Source: an uncultured Bdellovibrionales bacterium (lineage in GTDB: Bacteria > Patescibacteriota > Minisyncoccia > Moranbacterales > UBA1568). From it: a stretch of DNA of 64,000 nt. Location of the stretch: contig CAYLJX010000002.1 in the NCBI GenBank assembly GCA_964384235.1, positions 4,126 to 68,125 on the forward strand, in the 5' to 3' direction. Each line of letters begins with the position of its first letter. Position 1 is the stretch's first letter. Shown in pieces: positions 57,565 to 64,000 of this stretch. The position numbers and the translations under genes are program-made. Under the pieces are notes generated by a model. It was not told the DNA's origin. It saw only the letters and a program-made list of their open reading frames with translations, and did no database searches.

Positions 57565-58089
57565 ATGGCGAAAGTCTTTCAGAAGGGCGGCGGCGTCAAA
57601 CTGCCGCAGCGTCACAAGGAGGCGCAGCACGGCGAGTACGGGGATGCCCATCGCGGCATCACGGTCTGCGAGCGCTGCAACAACGTCCTTTTCAAGAAAG
57701 AGTGGCACCACTCGGGAGACAAGCTCCTGGAGCAGCTCCGGATCGCCGAAAAAGGCGTCTCGTTCACGCTCTGTCCGGCCTGCAGGATGGTGACCGACAA
57801 CCTCTTCGAGGGCGAGGTGCTCATCGAGAACATCCCGGAGAAATACGAAAGCGAGCTCCTGCGGCTCATCGCGGCCTACGGGAGGCGGGCTGTGGGTATC
57901 GACCCGCAGCATCGGATCATCCGGACGGATCGGACCAAGAAGGGTTTGCGGGTCATCACGACCGAGAATCAGCTGGCGGTGAGGCTCGGCAAGAAGATCC
58001 GCGACGTCTTCAAGAAGGTGAAGCTTCATATCGCCTACTCCGCCGAACCGGCCGAGGTCGACCAGGTCCGCGCGGTGTTTCAGATGTAG
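57565..58089 (+). CDS. hypothetical C4 zinc-ribbon protein
   Basis: CERC...CPAC zinc-ribbon followed by a basic domain; 174 aa. Confidence 0.45.
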   Translation: MAKVFQKGGGVKLPQRHKEAQHGEYGDAHRGITVCERCNNVLFKKEWHHSGDKLLEQLRIAEKGVSFTLCPACRMVTDNLFEGEVLIENIPEKYESELLRLIAAYGRRAVGIDPQHRIIRTDRTKKGLRVITTENQLAVRLGKKIRDVFKKVKLHIAYSAEPAEVDQVRAVFQM

Positions 58090-58213
58090 TTCGTGAAGTC
58101 TATAAAGTCTATAAAGTCCGTAAGATTAAAGACATGAAGGGTTGCTCTGGCAGGGGCCCAGGGTTTAGAATACTTTATGACTTTACGGACTTGTAACTTG
58201 ACGGACTTATTTT

Positions 58214-58735
58214 ATGGACATCGTTTCGCACGGCTTGTGGGGGTCGCTCGCGTTCGGTCGCAAAAACCGAAAGAGTTTTTGGACAGCCTTTTTCTTCGGG
58301 ATCGCGCCGGACCTTTTCTCGTTCGGATTGTTCACGATAGGCGTGTGGCTGGGCCTCGAACACGGGACTGACTGGTCGGGCGGGCCGCCTGACCCGAGCC
58401 GTATCCCGTCGTACGTCCATCAGCTGTACAACGTGACGCATAGTCTTGTCGTCTTTGCGATCGTTTTCGTCCTCGTGATGCTCATCCGTCGAAAACCCTG
58501 GTGGGAGATGTCCGCCTGGGGACTGCACATCCTTGTCGATATCCCGACCCATTCGGAGCGATTTTTCCCCACTCCGTTTCTCTGGCCGTTCTCTGATTTC
58601 CATATCAACGGCATCTCGTGGGGACAGCCGATTATCTTCATTCCCAATGTGATCTTGCTTCTCGCTCTGTATTTCTGGTATTTCGTCATCCGCCGCCGAG
58701 CGTGGTTTTTCGCGAAAAAACCAGAAAAACCTTGA
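58214..58735 (+). CDS. YdjM/DUF457-family membrane-bound metal-dependent hydrolase
   Basis: MDIVSHGLWG N-terminus and spaced His residues across four TM helices. Confidence 0.6.
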   Translation: MDIVSHGLWGSLAFGRKNRKSFWTAFFFGIAPDLFSFGLFTIGVWLGLEHGTDWSGGPPDPSRIPSYVHQLYNVTHSLVVFAIVFVLVMLIRRKPWWEMSAWGLHILVDIPTHSERFFPTPFLWPFSDFHINGISWGQPIIFIPNVILLLALYFWYFVIRRRAWFFAKKPEKP

Positions 58736-58835
58736 TTTTATCGGAAAAACGTGCTATACTGGATATACAACTGAAAAAACGGGTGCCAGACGGGTGCCCG
58801 TTTTTTCTTTATCTTAGGGGATTTTTCCATCATTT

Positions 58836-59471
58836 ATGGCCAAAAAACTGAAAAATAGCCGAGAATGGCTCCGCCGGAAATGGCAGGAGCTTTTGTCCCG
58901 GGACCTGACCAAGGTCAATTTCAGCGGAAACGCTTTTTATAGTTTTTTCGCGGTTTTCGGTCTTGCTATGACCGGCCTGTTGTACGGTGCGGCGTGGGGG
59001 ACGACCGCTTCGCTCCCGGTACCCGAAGTGGTGGTACCCGATATGCGGGCAGCGTTCCGGAACAATATCGGCACGCTCGTCGACGGCTACCCGATCGAGA
59101 GCATGGTTTCGGATATCGCCAAGCAGGACAAGACGACCGCGGCCTTTCTCGTCGGTATCGCCAAGAAGGAGAGCAACTGGGGCAAGCGTGTCCCGCGAGC
59201 CGAGGACGGGAGCGACTGTTACAACTACTGGGGCTATCGCGGTGCGGGGAGCCGCGGCATCGCCATGGGACACGGCTGTTTCGGCAGTCCCGAGGAAGCG
59301 GTTGCGGTTGTGGGAGGCCGGATCGGGACCTTTGTCCATGAGTATAATTTCAGGACGCCGCAGGAACTCATCGTGTGGAAGTGCGGCTGGAGCTGCGACG
59401 GGCACAGTTCCCAGAGCGTCAAGAAGTGGATCGCCGACGTCGGCTACTACGCCCGAAAGGTCAAACAGTAG
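58836..59471 (+). CDS. hypothetical membrane-anchored protein
   Basis: N-terminal TM (FYSFFAVFGLAMTGLLY); 211 aa; conserved Cys/Trp-rich C-terminal half. Confidence 0.4.
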   Translation: MAKKLKNSREWLRRKWQELLSRDLTKVNFSGNAFYSFFAVFGLAMTGLLYGAAWGTTASLPVPEVVVPDMRAAFRNNIGTLVDGYPIESMVSDIAKQDKTTAAFLVGIAKKESNWGKRVPRAEDGSDCYNYWGYRGAGSRGIAMGHGCFGSPEEAVAVVGGRIGTFVHEYNFRTPQELIVWKCGWSCDGHSSQSVKKWIADVGYYARKVKQ

Positions 59472-59662
59472 GTGTTTTCTTGGAAATTTATCCATACCCT
59501 TCAGGAAACCTTCCCGGAGGGTTTTTCATTTGACAAACGGACGAATATCGTTCTAATATGACGTTTCATACAAAAAGATAAAAACCAAACGGCAGCACCG
59601 CTCTTCATACCGGAAAATAACAGGAGGGAAGCTTCTCAGTCGGGCACTAAAAAGGCACAGGA

Positions 59663-62600
59663 ATGCGACAGGATACGTTGTCGGTGATCGTCCCCACCTT
59701 GAACGAGGAGGGCAATATCGAGGCATTGGTAAAACGTTTGGATCGAGCTCTTTCAGGGGCTCAGATTGAGTATGAGGTCGTCTTTGTTGATGACCACTCG
59801 GTCGATCAGACCAGGGAAAAGATAGAGTCGCTCAAGAAAGAATACCCCCTCGCTGTCTTTCTGAAAGAAGGGGCGCGCGGCAAAGCACAATCCCTGCTTG
59901 AGGGATTCCGGTATGTCCAGTACGAGCATATCGCTTTCATCGACGCGGACCTCCAGTATCCGCCGGAAGCGCTGCCGGGAATGCTCGAGAAACTCCATCA
60001 GGGCTTGGATATCGTGGTGGCGGACCGCCGAGCCGATACCGCGGGAGGATGGGGGAGAAACCTCACCAGCCGGGCGTTCCATTTTTTCTTTTCGAAACTG
60101 CTCCACGACCTCGATATCGATACCCAGGCAGGACTGAAGGTCTTCAAGGCGCGCATCGCCAAGGAAGTGAACGTCAGCCCTTCGCCCTGGACGTTCGATC
60201 TGGAATTCCTCCTCAGCGCCCGCAATTACGGGTACGTCATCGGAAGCTTTCCGATCACGTTCGCCGATCGTTTTTCCGGCAGTTCCAAGATCGTCGTATG
60301 GAAAGCGATCTTTGAAATCGGCTGGAACGCGCTCAAGCTGAAAACGAAACGCCGCTCGCCGCTCCTCATCCATCCTGAAAAGGACGGCTCGATGGTGGGC
60401 GCAGGCGTCGCACACAACACGCAGCGCTTCGTGACGCACACCACCCTGGAACACCATGTGTCGGCGCTCAATACCTTCGTCCCGTGGCAGAGAAACCTCA
60501 TCCTCGGTGTCCTGCTGATCATAGGGATCGGACTGATCTGGAACGCTCTCTTCACCGGCATCCTGGTCGTAGCTTCCCTTACGGCTTTCTACTTCATCGA
60601 CGCCGTCTTCAATCTCTTCCTCGTCATGAAGAGCCTCAAGACCCCGCCGGAAATTGGGAGCACGGACGAGGAACTTGCGGCCCTTGATCAAGAACAGCTC
60701 CCGGTCTATTCCGTCCTCTGTCCGCTCTACAAAGAAGCCCACATGCTTCCGACTTTCGTGCAGGCGATGGGTGGTCTCGACTGGCCGAAGAACAAGCTCG
60801 ACGTGCTTCTCCTTTTGGAAGAGAACGATGAGGAAACGATCGCCGCAGCACGGGCGATGGATCTCCCAGCCTTCGTGAAGATCGTCGTGGTCCCGCACTC
60901 CATGCCCAAGACCAAGCCGAAGGCCTGCAACTACGGTCTCTCCTTCGCGAGCGGGGAGTACGTCGTCATCTACGACGCCGAGGACATCCCCGATCCGCTG
61001 CAGCTCAAGAAGGCCTACCTCGGTTTTCAAAAGGCCAAGCCGGAAGTGCGCTGCCTCCAGGCCAAGCTCAACTATTTCAACCCGCACCAGAACTTCCTGA
61101 CGCGTCTCTTCACCGCCGAGTACTCGCTGTGGTTCGATGTCATCCTGCCGGGACTCCAGTCCATCAACACGAGCATTCCTCTCGGCGGGACGAGCAACCA
61201 CTTCCGGACGCGCGACCTCCTCGAGCTCGAGGGCTGGGATCCCTTCAACGTGACGGAGGACTGCGATCTCGGCGTGCGCATCTTCAAGCGCGGCTACCAG
61301 ACCGCCATCATCGACTCGGTGACGCTCGAGGAAGCGAACAGCAATGTCAGGAACTGGATCCGTCAGCGCTCCCGCTGGATCAAGGGCTACATGCAGACCT
61401 ACCTCGTGCACATGCGCCACCCGGTGACCTTTCTTCGGGAGAACGGCTGGCACGCCTTCATCTTCCAGATCGTCATCGGTGGCAAGATCGCGGTCATGTT
61501 CATCAATCCCTTCCTGTGGCTCGCGACGCTCGCGTATTTCACACTCTACGCCTTCGTCGGACCGACGCTCGAGGCCCTGTATCCGCCGCACATCTTCTAC
61601 TTCGCGGCCATCACGCTCGTCTTCGGCAACTACCTCTACCTCTACTACTACATGATCGGGACGGCCAAGCGTGAGCACTTCGATACCGTCAAGTACGTCT
61701 TCTTCGTGCCGTTCTACTGGATCCTGGTGAGTTATGCGGCCTTCATCGGGCTCTATCAGCTCGTCACCAAGCCGCACTACTGGGAGAAGACCCACCACGG
61801 CCTGCACCTGAAGAAGGAGGAAAAGAAGAAGCGTCTCACGGAAATCGCCGAGAGCCTTACGCTTGGCCGACCATGGTTTCCCAAGAGTCCCCTCTCATTT
61901 CCGATGGCTAAATGGCTCCTGTCCAAGGAGAGTGTCTTGATCGGGGCGTTGCTTGCCTCCAGTCTCCTGAACTTCGTCTTCAATGCATATCTCGGCAGAC
62001 AGCTCTCGTTCGAGGAACTCGGTCTGGTGACCTTCGTCAACACGCTGTGGTACATCACGATGATATTCTTCAGCGCGTTTTCCACGACGCTTAATCACCA
62101 CACCGCGTATCTTACGGGCAAGAAAAAGGGGAACATACAGGAACGGATTTTCTCTTACAGCCTGAAAAAGGGATTGCGTATCATGGTCGGTTTCTCGGTC
62201 GTTTGGTTCGTTTTCTCTCCGCTTTTGGCGCGCTTCTTTCAGATCGAGAGCATCTTCACTCTCCTTCTCTTCACACCGGTCTTCATTTTCGGTCTTATCA
62301 CGGCGGCAAGCCGAGGTTTTTTTCAGGGAACGTTCCGTTTCACGTATACTGCCTTTCTTCTGGTCTTCGAGGCGCTTATAAAGCTTCTTATCGCGATAGC
62401 GTTCGTGTCGTTCGAAGCGCCTGAGCTCGTCTACCTTTCCATTCCGGCATCGATTTTCCTTTCGGCACTCCTGGCACTCTTCCTTTCCGGTCTGGCTGTA
62501 CGTGAGAAAACCAAGGAAATATCGTCGACGGAACGTTTCCATTTTCCGAAACGCTTCTTCGGGGCGACGCTTCTCTCCAATGTTTCGGTGATGGTATTCC

Positions 62601-64000
62601 TGAGCTTCGATGTTCTCCTGGTGAAGCACTACATGGATCCGTATGCGGCCGGAGAGTACGCGCTGGTGTCGCTTGCCGGGAAAATGATATTTTTCTTCGG
62701 TTCGCTCGCGAGCACGTTCCTCCTCACGTACGTGAGCCGGAACGAAGGCCGTCAGGTGAGTTCCAAGAAGATTTTCAGCTATACGTACGGTGCGACGTTC
62801 TTCCTGGTTTCCGTCGGCGTGCTTGTTTTGGGTCTTTTCGGTGACACGTTCGCGCCGCTTCTCTTCGGCGAGAAGGCGCTTGTCATCACCGATTATCTTT
62901 TCCTCTACACTCTGTCCCTTTCCTTGTTCACGCTTGCAGGTGTCGTGGTGACCTACCATCTCGCCCGTCGGGAATATTTTCATACGTTCATTTCGCTTGC
63001 CGGATCGCTCTCCATGGCTGCAGGCATCGTCTTCTTTCATGAGTCGCTCGAAAGCGTCGTTTGGGTCATCTTTTTCTCAAGCGCGGCGACATGGGGTCTC
63101 GTGGAGTTCTTCCATCTCTTCGGCAGGAAGACACGGTTCGTCGCGCGTGCCTTCCAGGACCTCTTTGAGATCTTCAGTCGTCGTCTGTTGCCGTCCGCAA
63201 CCAAGGACAATGCCTTGGGACAGAGGATCCTCATCTTCAATTGGCGTGACATGCGGCACAAGTTCGCCGGTGGGGCGGAACTCTACGTCGAGGAGATAGC
63301 CCGTGATTTCGTGCGTCAAGGGAACCAGGTGACGCTTTTCTGCGGCAATGATGGGAATTCCCCGCGCATCGAGACGGTAGAAGGTGTTCGGATCATCCGT
63401 CGAGGAGGTTTCTACCTGGTATATTTCTGGGCCTTCGTCTATTACATGCTCCGTTTCCGGGGACGGTATGACGTGATTGTCGATTCGCAGAACGGCATCC
63501 CGTTCTTCACACCGCTGTATGCCAAGGAAACGACATACTGTCTCATGCATCATGTGCACCAGGAAGTCTTCCGTCGTTCGCTTCCCTGGCCGCTTTCGAC
63601 GTTCGCCCGCTTTCTTGAAAAGGACCTGATGCCGATCGTCTACAAGAAGGTGCGTTTTATCACCGTTTCCGAATCGAGCCGCCAGGAGATGGAGGAAATC
63701 GGTCTGGGGCAGGCCGGTATCGAGATCGTCCATCCAGGCGTCCATTTGAAACGTCTGGCTATCGGAACAAAGACACCGCAGCCGACCATTCTTTATCTGG
63801 GACGTCTCAAGGCGTATAAGTCAGTCGACGTTCTCATTCGCGCCTTCCAAATGGTCGTCAAAGAGCGTCCCGAGGCGAAGCTTCTCATAGCCGGATGTGG
63901 AGAAGAGGAAGGATATCTCAAGCGGCTGGCCCGCGATCTCCGGCTCAATGACCGTCAGATACAGTTTTTGGGCCGGGTGTCCGAAGAAGAGAAGGTGAAG
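59663..64000 (+). CDS. giant multidomain glycan synthase/exporter: GT2 (DPM1-like), processive GT2 (QxxRW), Wzx/MOP flippase-like 12-TM domain, GT4. 3' end beyond the window
   Basis: Frame (codon starts congruent to 2 mod 3) read codon-by-codon from ATG 59663 to 64000 with no stop. Domains: VIVPTLNEEGNIE...VFVDDHS...FIDADLQ (GT2); VYSVLCPLYKE...YDAEDIP...QRSRWIKG (processive GT2); 12 TM helices with MOP-like organisation; ILIFNWRDM...LYLGRL..KLLIAGCGEEEGYL (GT4). Not in the ORF track. Confidence 0.8.
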   Translation, partial: MRQDTLSVIVPTLNEEGNIEALVKRLDRALSGAQIEYEVVFVDDHSVDQTREKIESLKKEYPLAVFLKEGARGKAQSLLEGFRYVQYEHIAFIDADLQYPPEALPGMLEKLHQGLDIVVADRRADTAGGWGRNLTSRAFHFFFSKLLHDLDIDTQAGLKVFKARIAKEVNVSPSPWTFDLEFLLSARNYGYVIGSFPITFADRFSGSSKIVVWKAIFEIGWNALKLKTKRRSPLLIHPEKDGSMVGAGVAHNTQRFVTHTTLEHHVSALNTFVPWQRNLILGVLLIIGIGLIWNALFTGILVVASLTAFYFIDAVFNLFLVMKSLKTPPEIGSTDEELAALDQEQLPVYSVLCPLYKEAHMLPTFVQAMGGLDWPKNKLDVLLLLEENDEETIAAARAMDLPAFVKIVVVPHSMPKTKPKACNYGLSFASGEYVVIYDAEDIPDPLQLKKAYLGFQKAKPEVRCLQAKLNYFNPHQNFLTRLFTAEYSLWFDVILPGLQSINTSIPLGGTSNHFRTRDLLELEGWDPFNVTEDCDLGVRIFKRGYQTAIIDSVTLEEANSNVRNWIRQRSRWIKGYMQTYLVHMRHPVTFLRENGWHAFIFQIVIGGKIAVMFINPFLWLATLAYFTLYAFVGPTLEALYPPHIFYFAAITLVFGNYLYLYYYMIGTAKREHFDTVKYVFFVPFYWILVSYAAFIGLYQLVTKPHYWEKTHHGLHLKKEEKKKRLTEIAESLTLGRPWFPKSPLSFPMAKWLLSKESVLIGALLASSLLNFVFNAYLGRQLSFEELGLVTFVNTLWYITMIFFSAFSTTLNHHTAYLTGKKKGNIQERIFSYSLKKGLRIMVGFSVVWFVFSPLLARFFQIESIFTLLLFTPVFIFGLITAASRGFFQGTFRFTYTAFLLVFEALIKLLIAIAFVSFEAPELVYLSIPASIFLSALLALFLSGLAVREKTKEISSTERFHFPKRFFGATLLSNVSVMVFLSFDVLLVKHYMDPYAAGEYALVSLAGKMIFFFGSLASTFLLTYVSRNEGRQVSSKKIFSYTYGATFFLVSVGVLVLGLFGDTFAPLLFGEKALVITDYLFLYTLSLSLFTLAGVVVTYHLARREYFHTFISLAGSLSMAAGIVFFHESLESVVWVIFFSSAATWGLVEFFHLFGRKTRFVARAFQDLFEIFSRRLLPSATKDNALGQRILIFNWRDMRHKFAGGAELYVEEIARDFVRQGNQVTLFCGNDGNSPRIETVEGVRIIRRGGFYLVYFWAFVYYMLRFRGRYDVIVDSQNGIPFFTPLYAKETTYCLMHHVHQEVFRRSLPWPLSTFARFLEKDLMPIVYKKVRFITVSESSRQEMEEIGLGQAGIEIVHPGVHLKRLAIGTKTPQPTILYLGRLKAYKSVDVLIRAFQMVVKERPEAKLLIAGCGEEEGYLKRLARDLRLNDRQIQFLGRVSEEEKVK

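Noticed and set aside
59753-63745. Three long minus-strand ORFs (684, 381, 222 aa)
   Set aside because: Antisense shadows of the giant plus-strand glycosyltransferase-flippase ORF, which has clear GT2/QxxRW/GT4 motifs.

Overview
The window is a gene-dense bacterial chromosomal segment of about 58% GC with compact genes. Gene content (T4SS-like cluster, NYN and YraN proteins, short IF-2, atypical tRNAs) suggests a CPR/Patescibacteria-like genome, but that is inference. The housekeeping backbone is ftsH, tilS, gmk, rpsA, gyrA, rpsO, pnp, lspA, yifB, rsmA, uvrD/pcrA, xerC-like, cca, infB and typA, with tRNA-Leu(TAG), tRNA-Pro(CGG) and tRNA-Ser(CGA). Three accessory blocks stand out. (1) 28.0-39.7 kb: a Gram-positive-style type IV secretion/pilus-like cluster (LysM-CHAP hydrolase, VirB6/TrbL-like, PrgI/VirB3-like, a VirB4 ATPase split into two ORFs, CPBP protease, a >900-aa Cys-rich surface protein) next to a tyrosine recombinase and a palindromic dif-like site. 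(2) 45.1-57.4 kb: a copper-homeostasis island (cupredoxin, multicopper oxidase with fused cupredoxin, CsoR, HMA-DsbD-like-cupredoxin membrane protein, CopA). (3) 59.66 kb to the window end: a single uninterrupted reading frame of at least 1446 codons, absent from the supplied ORF track, that fuses two GT2 glycosyltransferase domains, a Wzx/MOP flippase-like 12-TM domain and a GT4 domain. Non-coding highlights are a ~120-nt element present twice (6.29 kb and 54.9 kb) with compensatory base changes in two helices, a ~590-nt candidate highly expressed RNA between a consensus sigma70 promoter and an intrinsic terminator (16.14-16.77 kb), a promoter-plus-terminator leader upstream of rpsA, a recurrent AACAGTCAACAGT intergenic motif, and several long intergenic inverted repeats. 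Many long ORFs in the track are antisense shadows of real genes in this GC-rich DNA and were discarded.
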